64,000 nucleotides of DNA from positions 7,091 to 71,090 of the forward strand of contig JAWCMB010000004.1 in the NCBI GenBank assembly GCA_038850115.1, given 5' to 3'. Source of the stretch: Thermoproteota archaeon (GTDB lineage Archaea > Thermoproteota > EX4484-205 > JAAOZP01). The notes beneath the pieces were generated by a model, which saw only the letters and a list, made by a program, of their open reading frames with translations, made no database searches and was not told where the DNA came from. Position 1 is the first letter of the stretch, and each line of letters opens with the position of its first letter. Made by a program: the position numbers and the translations under genes. This document shows, piece after piece, positions 38,597-47,861 of this stretch.

Positions 38597-41335
38597 ATGA
38601 AACACGATTTCGGAGAGGACGAGTATCGTCTAGAGTTCCTTAGTAGAGGCGGGTTCTCTAGAAGGAAGTGTGTTAAATGCGGCAGGTTCTACTGGACTCT
38701 CGACCCGTCCAGGGATAACTGCGGAGAGTCTCCCTGCTCGCCCTATACTTTCATAGGCAGGAGGGTGGGCAGGGATATGGATGATTTAAGCCAGGTTAGG
38801 GGTGCTTTCCTGAGCTTCTTCAAAAGCAGGGGGCACGAGGTTGTCTCGCCTTATCCTGTTGTATGCAGGTGGAGGGATGATCTGTATCTTACTGACGCGA
38901 GCATAGTTGATTTCCAGCCTTATGTTACAGATGGCATTATTCCTCCCCCGGCTAATCCCTTGGTGATTTCCCAGCCCTGTATACGTTTGGTTGACGTTGA
39001 CTTGGTTGGCAAGACTCTTGGGAGGCACCTCACCATTTTCGAGATGGGCGGCCACCATGCTTTCAACAGCGAAGACAGAGAGGTCTACTGGAAGGAGGAT
39101 ACTGTGAGATATGGCTTCGAATTCTTCACCAGGGAGATGGGGGTTAAGGGTGAGGATCTTACTTTCGTTGAAAGCGCTTGGAGCGGGGGTGGAAACGCGG
39201 GGCCGTGCTTCGAGGTTATTTCACACGGCCTTGAGGTTGCGACCCTCGTCTTCATGAGGTATAAGGTTGGCTCCGACGGTTCTCTAACGGAGCTGCCTAT
39301 TCGAACAGTTGACACAGGATACGGGATGGAGAGGATGAATTGGCTTCTAACCGGCGCCCCCACCGGCTTCCATGCTTTCTACGGTAGGCTTCTCCACGAG
39401 GCTTCTAAACTGGTAGACATCGATGTTCCCCCGGAGCTTCTCAGGGAGTATGGGGTTAGGGTTTCCCTTTCTGAGAACAAGTTTCTCAGCTCGGTGGAGA
39501 GGATTAGGATTGTTAGGGATCTCGGGTTTCCGGATTCCTGCTCAGCTAGACTTGAGGCGATGGAGAATGTTTTCAAGGCCTTGGACCATGTTAAGAGCCT
39601 AGTGTTCATTCTCTCAGAAGGTGTCGTGCCCTCTAACACTGGCGTGGGTTATCTGGCTAGGCTGCTCATAAGGAAGACGGCTAGGGTTTTGGATAGGCTT
39701 GGTGCTAACTCTCTCCTACTCGGCATGGTTTCATGGGAGGTTGACTACTGGGGTAGGGATTTTTCGAGTCTCAAGGAGCTTAAAGACAGTATTCTGAGGC
39801 TTGTTGAAATAGAGCTTAAAAAATATAGGAGGAGTATTGAGGAGGGGGTTAGGCATGTCGAGTCTCTTATTAAAGATTCCCGACCGATAAGTGTTGAGAA
39901 GCTTGTTGAGCTCTACGATTCTCAAGGCATTACGCCTGAACAGGTTGTGGATGTTTCCTCTAAGAAAGGCATTGAAGTGAAGATTCCGGAGGACTTCTAC
40001 AGCATGATAGCCTCCAGACATAAACGGCCTAAGGGTCTTGAAGAGGAGAAGGTCACTCTAGATTTCGACGAGAAGGCTTTCTCCGAGACCTTTAAACACT
40101 ACTACGAGAATCCTGATTTGCTGGAACTCGAGGCCAAGGTGTTAGGAGTCTTCGGCGACAAGGTTGTTCTAGACCGGTCAATCTTCTACCCTGAAGGCGG
40201 CGGCCAGCCTGCTGACACCGGTAGGCTCATATTCAACGGGAAGGAGGCTCTGGTAAGGGATGTTAAGAGTTCGAATAATCGGATAATCCACTTCATAGAG
40301 GGGCCTGCTCCTAGTGTAGATAGTGTTGTCAAAATGGTTGTTGACGCTGAAAGGCGTCTCCAGCTTAGAAGGGCTCACACGGCGACACATATTATAAACG
40401 CTGCTGCCAGAATGGTTCTTGGGAACCATGTTTGGCAAGCAGGTGCCCAGAAAGACACTGTTGAGTCGAGGCTCGACATAACTCATCCTCTTCCACTTAC
40501 TGATGAAGAGATTGAGAAGATAGAGCGTAAGGCTAATGAAATAGCCCTGTTAAACATTGATGTTAAAGTACAGGTTTTACCTAGGGCTATTGCTGAGAAG
40601 GAGTATGGTTTCAGAATATACCAGGGCGGTGCTGTGCCTGGTAAAGAGCTTAGGATCATTAAGATAGACGGGTTTGACGCGGAGGCCTGCGGTGGGCTTC
40701 ACGTCAACAAGACGGGTGACGTGGGACTGGTGAAGATAGTTAGGGTTGAGAGAATTCAGGATGGTGTTGAAAGAATAGTGTTCCGGGCAGGAGTCTCCTC
40801 CTTGGATTACGTGAGGTCGCTTGAAAATAAGATATCTAGCCTAGAGAGCATACTTAGTGTTCCTAAGGATAAGATAGTTCAGGAAGCTGAGAGGGTCAGG
40901 AGCGAGCTGAAAAACCTGAATAAGAAAATTGAGAGAATATTAGATAACCAGTTTGACATTTTGGCGGACCAGCTGCTTTCCAAGGCTGTTGAGGAGTCCG
41001 GCGTTAGAATAGTGCTCTATAGTTCTGAAGATATTGAAATAAACCATCTTATAAGTCTCGGCGAGAAAATCGCTAAGAAGGAACCGAACTCCATAACAGT
41101 AGTAATGTCACCCATCCCAACCGTCCAGTTTGCCGTGTTCGCGGGTGAAAAGGTTCTGGAGAAAGGTGTTGACTGCTCTCTGCTGGCGCGCCGCATCCTT
41201 AGCGAAATCGGGGTCGGCGGAGGAGCCGGAGGCAGGAGAAACTTCGCGAAAGGTGGCTTAGCAGCCAAGGTTGACACCAATACCTTCCAATCAAAGGCTT
41301 TAAAAGCCGTAGGCAGCATTTTTCAAAGCGGATAA
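38597..41335 (+). CDS. alaS: Alanyl-tRNA synthetase (archaeal type)
   Basis: It is 912 aa with an N-terminal Zn ribbon (CVKCGRFYW). The editing-domain motif is HTATHI...CGG.H, and a C-terminal DHHA1-like domain is present. Confidence 0.95.
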   Translation: MKHDFGEDEYRLEFLSRGGFSRRKCVKCGRFYWTLDPSRDNCGESPCSPYTFIGRRVGRDMDDLSQVRGAFLSFFKSRGHEVVSPYPVVCRWRDDLYLTDASIVDFQPYVTDGIIPPPANPLVISQPCIRLVDVDLVGKTLGRHLTIFEMGGHHAFNSEDREVYWKEDTVRYGFEFFTREMGVKGEDLTFVESAWSGGGNAGPCFEVISHGLEVATLVFMRYKVGSDGSLTELPIRTVDTGYGMERMNWLLTGAPTGFHAFYGRLLHEASKLVDIDVPPELLREYGVRVSLSENKFLSSVERIRIVRDLGFPDSCSARLEAMENVFKALDHVKSLVFILSEGVVPSNTGVGYLARLLIRKTARVLDRLGANSLLLGMVSWEVDYWGRDFSSLKELKDSILRLVEIELKKYRRSIEEGVRHVESLIKDSRPISVEKLVELYDSQGITPEQVVDVSSKKGIEVKIPEDFYSMIASRHKRPKGLEEEKVTLDFDEKAFSETFKHYYENPDLLELEAKVLGVFGDKVVLDRSIFYPEGGGQPADTGRLIFNGKEALVRDVKSSNNRIIHFIEGPAPSVDSVVKMVVDAERRLQLRRAHTATHIINAAARMVLGNHVWQAGAQKDTVESRLDITHPLPLTDEEIEKIERKANEIALLNIDVKVQVLPRAIAEKEYGFRIYQGGAVPGKELRIIKIDGFDAEACGGLHVNKTGDVGLVKIVRVERIQDGVERIVFRAGVSSLDYVRSLENKISSLESILSVPKDKIVQEAERVRSELKNLNKKIERILDNQFDILADQLLSKAVEESGVRIVLYSSEDIEINHLISLGEKIAKKEPNSITVVMSPIPTVQFAVFAGEKVLEKGVDCSLLARRILSEIGVGGGAGGRRNFAKGGLAAKVDTNTFQSKALKAVGSIFQSG

Positions 41336-41377
41336 AATACTTTTCTCACTCTAAATCTTTAAGTATCATCCAAAGGC

Positions 41378-44284
41378 TTGAGAAGCAAAACCTTGGAGGA
41401 ATCCACGTACTCTTCCTCAGAGATCGAGAAGAAGTGGCAGAGGACGTATGAGGAGGAGAAGGTTTTCGAGGCTGAGCCAGACCCCTCTAAGCCAAAGTTC
41501 TTCGTGACATTCCCATTCCCATATATGAGTGGGCCAGTTCACCTTGGGACAGCATACACTTTATCCCGTCTAGATATTGTAGCAAGGTATAAGCGTAAGA
41601 GAGGGTTTAACGTCCTTTTCCCGTTTGCATTCCACTGGACTGGGACAACTATAACCGGTATCTCTGACAGGATAAGGCGGGGGGATGAGAAGACCATTGA
41701 AATACTTGAGAAGATGGATGGTGTTCCAAGGGAGGAGATAGAGCGTTTCAAAGACCCTGTTTACCTGGCTAAGTATTATACTGAGAAGAATCGGGCAGCC
41801 CTCAAGGATTATGGTCTGGCTGTAGATTGGCGTAGAGAGTTTCATACTTCCAGTTTAAACCCTGGCTTCAGCACTTTTGTCCAATGGCAATACTTGAAGC
41901 TGAAGGAGAAGGGTTACATTACAAAGGGAGTACACCCAGTCGTATGGTGCCCAAGAGATAAGAGTTCCACTGGAGACCATGACCGGCTCAGCGGAGAAGG
42001 AGTTTTCCCGGAGAAGTTCTATCTCGTCAAATTCAGATTCGGCGATTCTCATTTCGTTGCAGCGACCTTCAGACCGGAGACGATTTTTGGAGTCACGAAT
42101 GTTTGGATAAACCCTGATGCTCTTTACGCAGAGGCGATGGTTGACGGTGAAAAATGGATTGTTAGTGTTGAGACTCTGGATAAGCTCGTCGACCAGATGA
42201 GGACAGTTCGCAAGATGCGTGAATTCAAGGGTAGGGAGCTCGTAGGCAAGATGGTTGAGGCTGTTTTCACAGGCACTAGAGTCCTGGTTTTACCGGCTTC
42301 ATTCGTAAACCCTTACATTGGAACAGGCGTAGTCTACAGTGTTCCAGCGCACGCTCCGTATGATTACATGGCTCTTGAGGACTTGAAGAGAAACGAGGCT
42401 GTTCTCAGGGAGTACAGTCTCGACCCCGGTGAAATCCGTTCGATAAAGCCAGTATCAATGATAACAACCGAGAAGTATGGTTCAAATCCCTCTGAGAAGC
42501 TGGTGGAGGAGCTTAAGATAAAGAATCAGTCTGATCCTAAGCTGGAAGAGGCTACAAGCCTAGTTTACAAAGAGGAGTTTCACAAGGGTGTGACGCTCAG
42601 CAACTGCGGCAGGTTTTCAGGCCTGCCTGTCCAGAAGGCTAAAGAGCTTGTAATAGAGGAGATGAGGAAAACGGGTGCGGGAGACGATTTTCTAGAGCTG
42701 CCGTCGCCGGTGGTTTGCAGATGTGGTACTAGGTGCCACGTTAAAATCCTGGGGGACCAGTATCTCTTGAGATACTCTTGGCCTGAATGGAAGGCTAAGG
42801 CCTTGAAAGCGTTGGAAAGAATGAGCATATACCCCGAGGAGGCTAGGGAGAACTTCACGTATTTCATAAACTGGTATGACGACTGGGCTTTCACAAGAAC
42901 CTCTGGGCTTGGAACACCTGTTCCATGGCTTCCCGGCCACATTGTTGAAACACTGAGCGACTCCACCGTGTACATGGCGTACTATATTATTTCAAAATAC
43001 GTTAACAACGGTATGTTGAAGCCTGAAAACCTTACTGAAGAGTTCTACGACTACGTGTTGCTCGGTGTAGGCGTGCCGGAGGAGGTTGAGAAGAAAACAG
43101 GCGTCTCAGCAGAGTTTCTGAGAAGGCTCAGATATGAGTTTGACTACTGGTACCCGGTTGACCTTAGGAATTCGGGCAAGGACCTCGTTGCAAACCATTT
43201 AACATTCTATATTTTCCACCACATTGCTATTTTCCCCGAGGAGAAATGGCCTAGGCAGATATCGGTGAACGGTTTCCTGAGAATAGAAGGGCAGCCCATG
43301 CATAAGTCAAAAGGAGTCTTCATCTCCCTGAGGGATGCTGTTGAAAAATACGGTTCGGATGCGACGAGAATAACCCTACTCCTCTCTGCAGAGGGCTTGG
43401 AGGACCCTAACTGGGAGGGCGAGAAGGCTAGGAAAAACATCGAGCTGTTGAGAAGCATCTCCGGGTTCATCCTCTCGCTCGTAGGAGGAAAGGGTTCTGT
43501 TCGAAACGGGCATATGGAGGATTGGTTGAGAAACTCAGTTAGGAAACGCGTTAAAAAAGTTACGGATGCTCTTGAAAACATGCAGATAAGAGAAGCCACT
43601 AGCGAAGCCCTTTACGGTTTAAGAAACGACTTAAGATGGTATCTGAGGAGGGTTAAGGAGCCAGATTCCGAAGCCTTGAGGGAAACCGTTGAAACATGGC
43701 TCAACCTGCTCTACCCGTTCACGCCTCATCTCGCTGAAGAATTGTGGAGCAAGCTGGGTAAGAAGAATCTGCTAGCAAACCACCCGTGGCCCGTGTATGT
43801 TGAGGCTGACGAGAAGCCTCTGCTTGTAGAGAAATACTTGGAACAGCTTGTGGAGGATACTTATCAAATACTGAAGGCGGTGAAAAAAACTTCACTGATG
43901 CGGCTGAGACTCATAACCGCCGCGCAATGGAAGAACAACGCGTTTAAAGAAATTATTGATGCAGCTGAGAAAAATCCTGAAAAAATAAGAAGGATCCTAA
44001 CTCGAAATGCGATCGGCGTCAGCAAGGAGGAGCTTGGAAAACTCATGGGCCAGGTAATGAAGAATCTGCCGGCGATGACGGAAGAATACAGGACTATTAT
44101 AAAACAAGTGTTAGAAAAAGGTGAGCAGAACATGCTGAAGGAGGCGCAACCATTCTTTGAGAAAGAGTTCAAGTGTAAAGTTGAAATAATTAGTGAGGAC
44201 GAGATTTCAAGGGAGGAGCTGGAGACACTGATTAAGAAAAAGCCTCCGGCACAGCCCGGCAGACCAATACTACTAATAGAATAA
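41378..44284 (+). CDS. leuS: Leucyl-tRNA synthetase (archaeal type)
   Basis: It is 968 aa with the HIGH-like motif PYMSGPVHLGTAY and the KMSKS variant MHKSKG. A CP1 editing insertion is present. Confidence 0.95.
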   Translation: MRSKTLEESTYSSSEIEKKWQRTYEEEKVFEAEPDPSKPKFFVTFPFPYMSGPVHLGTAYTLSRLDIVARYKRKRGFNVLFPFAFHWTGTTITGISDRIRRGDEKTIEILEKMDGVPREEIERFKDPVYLAKYYTEKNRAALKDYGLAVDWRREFHTSSLNPGFSTFVQWQYLKLKEKGYITKGVHPVVWCPRDKSSTGDHDRLSGEGVFPEKFYLVKFRFGDSHFVAATFRPETIFGVTNVWINPDALYAEAMVDGEKWIVSVETLDKLVDQMRTVRKMREFKGRELVGKMVEAVFTGTRVLVLPASFVNPYIGTGVVYSVPAHAPYDYMALEDLKRNEAVLREYSLDPGEIRSIKPVSMITTEKYGSNPSEKLVEELKIKNQSDPKLEEATSLVYKEEFHKGVTLSNCGRFSGLPVQKAKELVIEEMRKTGAGDDFLELPSPVVCRCGTRCHVKILGDQYLLRYSWPEWKAKALKALERMSIYPEEARENFTYFINWYDDWAFTRTSGLGTPVPWLPGHIVETLSDSTVYMAYYIISKYVNNGMLKPENLTEEFYDYVLLGVGVPEEVEKKTGVSAEFLRRLRYEFDYWYPVDLRNSGKDLVANHLTFYIFHHIAIFPEEKWPRQISVNGFLRIEGQPMHKSKGVFISLRDAVEKYGSDATRITLLLSAEGLEDPNWEGEKARKNIELLRSISGFILSLVGGKGSVRNGHMEDWLRNSVRKRVKKVTDALENMQIREATSEALYGLRNDLRWYLRRVKEPDSEALRETVETWLNLLYPFTPHLAEELWSKLGKKNLLANHPWPVYVEADEKPLLVEKYLEQLVEDTYQILKAVKKTSLMRLRLITAAQWKNNAFKEIIDAAEKNPEKIRRILTRNAIGVSKEELGKLMGQVMKNLPAMTEEYRTIIKQVLEKGEQNMLKEAQPFFEKEFKCKVEIISEDEISREELETLIKKKPPAQPGRPILLIE

Positions 44285-44369
44285 TGTAAAGCACCAGCTA
44301 CTGGCAGCGCGCTAAAAGACCTGTTAAAGCAACTGAAAAATTTAATAACCTTCCTGAAAAAAGATTCTT

Positions 44370-44506
44370 GGGCCCGTCGCCTAACCTGGATAGTGCACGC
44401 CTAGAAATGGCGGCAGATTTAAAAAAAGAAAAAGCCGAACCCTCTATCATGATGGGAAGAATGCGGGAAAGCTGTAATGATCTGGGTTCAAATCCCAGCG
44501 GGCCCG
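44370..44506 (+). tRNA. tRNA-like gene of unresolved identity. It has a tRNA-Arg-like D arm and G73, and about 63 nt of extra sequence. It may be heavily intron-containing or disrupted.
   Basis: It has a perfect acceptor GGGCCCG/CGGGCCC and T arm CTGGG-TTCAAAT-CCCAG. The D region is GCCTAACCTGGATAGTGC. The only stem-loop at anticodon distance is CGCC-TAGAAAT-GGCG, which lacks U33. CAGAT (44414-44418) pairs with ATCTG (44480-44484) around an A-rich insert. Confidence 0.55.
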
Positions 44507-44790
44507 TTTCTCTCTATCCATTTTTCAACATACTCCTGTTCTCGTAGATTTCTGGATTTCTCCGAAAGCTTATTAGGTGTCAAGCGGCACGTTGAGTGTT
44601 TTCAGTATTGCGTAAAAGCCCAAGGGACCTGATGGGTTATTGCAGTCCTATATTTTCTCAGTTATTTCAGCAAAAGATTTGGTGGCAGGTAAATCCTCTT
44701 GGTTTATTACGAATACTACCCTGCTGGCTTATTTCTCCACATGAAGCCATGGGCTCTCGCACAATCCTCTAGTGCACCTAAATCCACCGT

Positions 44791-45168
44791 TTATATCTGC
44801 ACCATTATCGGTACTGCCATATTTATTCCCGGCAATAACACTATCGCTTCTTCACGTTTAAGCTCCTGCAGCTTCAGCCTTTGTTCCTCATTCAGATGCA
44901 TCGTATCTGCAATCTTCTCAACGTCGCTCGAGTATTGTAATCTCAGGCAGACTATTGCTCCGCACAATCCCAAGACATCTCTCGACACTGTTAATGGTCT
45001 CTGATCTATGAGCCGAACAGACTCCCCGAACTTCCTCATCTCCCTAAGCATTTTCTCAACTATCGTCTCCTGACCCTCGAACTTAGTCGGAGCGATATTA
45101 TGGGCCTCCTCGCAGACCACTACGTGTGGCAGACCTTTGTTGGGCTCCCTGTAATCATAAACGCGCGC
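44791..45168 (-). pseudogene. C-terminal fragment of a HerA/DUF87-like (FtsK-HerA superfamily) ATPase, 5'-truncated
   Basis: The sequence is ...ARVYDYREPNKGLPHVVVCEEAHNIAP...REMRKFGESVRLIDQRP.... It starts at the Walker-B region. The upstream frame hits a stop at 45169-45171, and the P-loop domain is absent. Confidence 0.6.
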
Positions 45169-45173
45169 TCAAA

Positions 45174-45431
45174 GTAAGCGAGAGGAATACTTCGAAGCTG
45201 TGCCATAGATGCGGAAACAGAGGGATTCGGAAAGGAAGCCTATTCCAGTGCCAACATTGCAACTACACATGTAACGCAGACTACAACGGAGCGATGAACA
45301 TAATGAAGCGGGCCATGCGCTATATGCGTATGGCAGGGGCTGGCTTGACACAGCCCATAACCCGGCAGGATGAAGCCTCAGGCCGACAAACCGGGAATCC
45401 CACGTGCTTTAGCCGTGGGAGTGTCAAATGA
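45174..45431 (+). mobile_element. tnpB: Remnant of an IS200/IS605-family (IS1341-type) tnpB/orfB, C-terminal RuvC-III plus zinc-ribbon part only
   Basis: The sequence is ERNTSKLCHRCG...FQCQHCNYTCNADYNGAMNI. About 300 N-terminal aa of a full TnpB are missing. A terminal hairpin CCCACG-N9-CGTGGG lies at 45399-45419. Confidence 0.65.
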
Positions 45432-45468
45432 AAATGCTAAATACCGATGCTTTTAACATACCTCGGTT

Positions 45469-46224
45469 ATGAGCAGGTCGCGGATGGAGCAGGTTAAGAA
45501 GAAGATAAACGTGATTTACCTGCTTAAAGTGGTTAAAAGCAGGCATACTTATAATGAGCTATCCCAGCTCACCGGGCTGCCTATCACTGTTCTAGCTAGG
45601 TATGCTAATGGGAGTGTACTGCCCTCGGATGAGAGGGCTGATGAGCTCTACCGAGTTCTTACAGAGAAAATTCCGCTTGAGGAGCTTATTTCCAGCAGGC
45701 TTGCTCTCGACGAGTCCGGCTACTTCGATTCTTCACGCGTAATATGGGACGTGAACCTTCTAAGGCTCATCAGTCACAAGGCTGTGATTCCCTTCATGGG
45801 GAGGAAGATAGACAAGGTTATGACTGCTGCCGTAGACGGTATTCCACTCGCCTCTTTCGTGGCTGAGGAGCTTAACGCTGACCTCGTGATAGCTAAAAGG
45901 TATAAGGAGGTTGGGGTGAAGGATTTTCTTGAAGCCACCTATGTCATAGGCAGCTCCGCTGTTGTAAGCTCTCTATATGTTCCAAAGAACGCGTTGAAGA
46001 AAGATGATAATGTTCTCATAGTGGATGATGCTATCAGAACTGGGGAGACGGATATTGCTTTAATAAGGCTCGTGGAGAAGGCTAAGGCTAATATAGTGGG
46101 TGTTTTCATCCTTATTGCGACTGGCAAGGATTGGAGGGAAAAGCTTCTGAAGAAGACGGCTGCACCCGTATACGTATTTACAGAGATAAATCAAAAGCCT
46201 CTGGAAATAAGCCAGAGGAAGTAG
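45469..46224 (+). CDS. HTH plus phosphoribosyltransferase-domain regulator (PurR-like/GfcR-like architecture)
   Basis: The N-terminal HTH is YNELSQLTGLPITVLARYANG. The C-terminal PRPP-binding motif is NVLIVDDAIRTGET. Confidence 0.7.
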   Translation: MSRSRMEQVKKKINVIYLLKVVKSRHTYNELSQLTGLPITVLARYANGSVLPSDERADELYRVLTEKIPLEELISSRLALDESGYFDSSRVIWDVNLLRLISHKAVIPFMGRKIDKVMTAAVDGIPLASFVAEELNADLVIAKRYKEVGVKDFLEATYVIGSSAVVSSLYVPKNALKKDDNVLIVDDAIRTGETDIALIRLVEKAKANIVGVFILIATGKDWREKLLKKTAAPVYVFTEINQKPLEISQRK

Positions 46225-46291
46225 GAGGCTGATCCCATCGAGCCCCAACAACGCTCTTAAAGCCAAGCTGCTTTACCTCAAGGGTAGAAGC

Positions 46292-47311
46292 ATGGAGGAA
46301 GCGCTATCTGTTTTCGAAGCGCTTTCCAACAGGCCTAAAGCGCCTGAATACCCTATTGTTATTCTTCACAGTAATAAGAGTAAGATTGTCAGTCTGGGGT
46401 GTTTCCAGGTTGCTGACGAGGATTTCCTAACAAGCTACTTGCGTAAAAAGGGTTTAAAGTACTTCTTTAGGCTTCACGGTGGGGATGTGATGCTTCACGA
46501 TGAAAACCAGGTTGGAATCGCGCTTATAACGCCTAGGGATGAGAAGTACAGCGAAACCTATTTTTCTCTAGTAAACTCCTTGATGAAGAGAAATAGCGTG
46601 CCGAACTTTCATGTTACAAACGACCTCATACTGTGCTCCAACAAGCTTCTTGGGGAAGTGATGCACTTGGAGAATGATAGCTCCTCAAGCTGGTTTGCAC
46701 TGATCTATTTGAAGAGGAACTATGAAGAGATGGCTGGCTTAAAATTTCCTAAGGAGCAACTGGTTAAAGAGAGGATTAGCATGCTTAAGGAGAACTACAT
46801 AGGGTTGGACCAAGTTTTAGAAAAACAGGTTTCTGCAGATGTATTTTTAGAATCAGCCAAGACAGTGTTGACGGATGATTTGAACTTTAAAATAAATGCT
46901 TTTAGGCTGGGACTTGGAGAAAAGAAGCTTTTCTGGAGAAACAGAAACATGCTTAGGAGGAACATTATCTCTGAGGCTGTTCAACTAAAACACTCAGCGG
47001 TTTTGAGGGAGGAGGGCGCCATCTTACTCTCCAAAAGATTGATAAACGGTTTTCTAAGGATGCGGGTTAAAATTAAGGATAAGACTCTGGAAAGGATTAG
47101 CATCTCTGGCAGCTTCATGTTCGAGCCGTCTGAAAAACTCGGCGATTTTGAAAAAATGTTGGAGGGGAAGGAGCTCGACGAAACCCTTCTGGTGGAGAAG
47201 GTTACAGAATTCTTCATTAACGAGAAGGTTAAAGCCTCTTTTGCAGCCTTTGAAATAGTTGAACTATTGTGTGGAGCAGCCGGTGGGCCGAATGAGCGTG
47301 GAAACCAGTAA
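46292..47311 (+). CDS. Lipoate-protein ligase A-like (BPL/LplA/LipB family) protein
   Basis: RLHGGDVMLHDENQVG resembles the R.sGGgAVyHD.GN motif. NDLILCSNKLLGEV resembles the KisG lysine motif. A C-terminal accessory domain is present. The sequence is divergent. Confidence 0.6.
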   Translation: MEEALSVFEALSNRPKAPEYPIVILHSNKSKIVSLGCFQVADEDFLTSYLRKKGLKYFFRLHGGDVMLHDENQVGIALITPRDEKYSETYFSLVNSLMKRNSVPNFHVTNDLILCSNKLLGEVMHLENDSSSSWFALIYLKRNYEEMAGLKFPKEQLVKERISMLKENYIGLDQVLEKQVSADVFLESAKTVLTDDLNFKINAFRLGLGEKKLFWRNRNMLRRNIISEAVQLKHSAVLREEGAILLSKRLINGFLRMRVKIKDKTLERISISGSFMFEPSEKLGDFEKMLEGKELDETLLVEKVTEFFINEKVKASFAAFEIVELLCGAAGGPNERGNQ

Positions 47312-47861
47312 AGAACCTAAGTTTCCAATCCTTGCGGAGAAGAGCCGCGACGAGGTTTATGTTACTGATAGAGAAGCTGTGGAATGGCTTGACTCTAAAG
47401 GCTACGGGTTTAGGTTTAGGGAAGATCTTGTGGTGCTCCGTCCTTTCGAAGCCCTCTACCTTATGAGTCAGAATAAGCTCGTTCTGAGCTACAAGTCTAA
47501 GCAATTGTTGTTCAACCAGTATCTTAAGATTCTTGAGAAAGCTGACAGTAAGATATGGCTGAGGTACCTTATATATAAGGACCTGAGGGACAAGGGGTAT
47601 GTCGTTAAGGACGGCTATGGCTTTGACATAGATTTTAAGGTTTACGAGGCTGGTGACTATGGTTCGAAGCCCGCTAAATACCTTGTATACGGGGTTGCTG
47701 AAGGAACCCCCCTCCCTGTCATGAAGCTCTATAACATTCTAAGACACTCCTACTCCCTCAGGAAGACGCTTATAATCGCTACGGTCGATAGGAGGAGTGA
47801 GATAGTTTATTACATGCTTTCATCCCTCCTTCTTGGAAAAGAGACTAGAGGAGAACAATGA
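47292..47861 (+). CDS. endA: tRNA-splicing endonuclease family subunit (EndA). The catalytic His appears to be replaced.
   Basis: LRYLIYKDLRDKGYVVKDGYGFDIDFKVYEAG...SKPAKYLVYGV...SLRKTLIIATVD aligns with M. jannaschii EndA recalled from memory. Tyr and Lys are conserved and His is replaced by Ala. The track start at 47259 is TTG, and an ATG at 47292 is more likely. Confidence 0.75.
   Translation: MSVETSKEPKFPILAEKSRDEVYVTDREAVEWLDSKGYGFRFREDLVVLRPFEALYLMSQNKLVLSYKSKQLLFNQYLKILEKADSKIWLRYLIYKDLRDKGYVVKDGYGFDIDFKVYEAGDYGSKPAKYLVYGVAEGTPLPVMKLYNILRHSYSLRKTLIIATVDRRSEIVYYMLSSLLLGKETRGEQ

Noticed and set aside
44430-44484. C/D-box sRNA-like motifs (ATGATGG, AATGATC) inside the insert of the odd tRNA
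   Set aside because: No CUGA D or D' box sits at the required spacing, and there is no terminal kink-turn pairing. The evidence is too weak to call a guide RNA.
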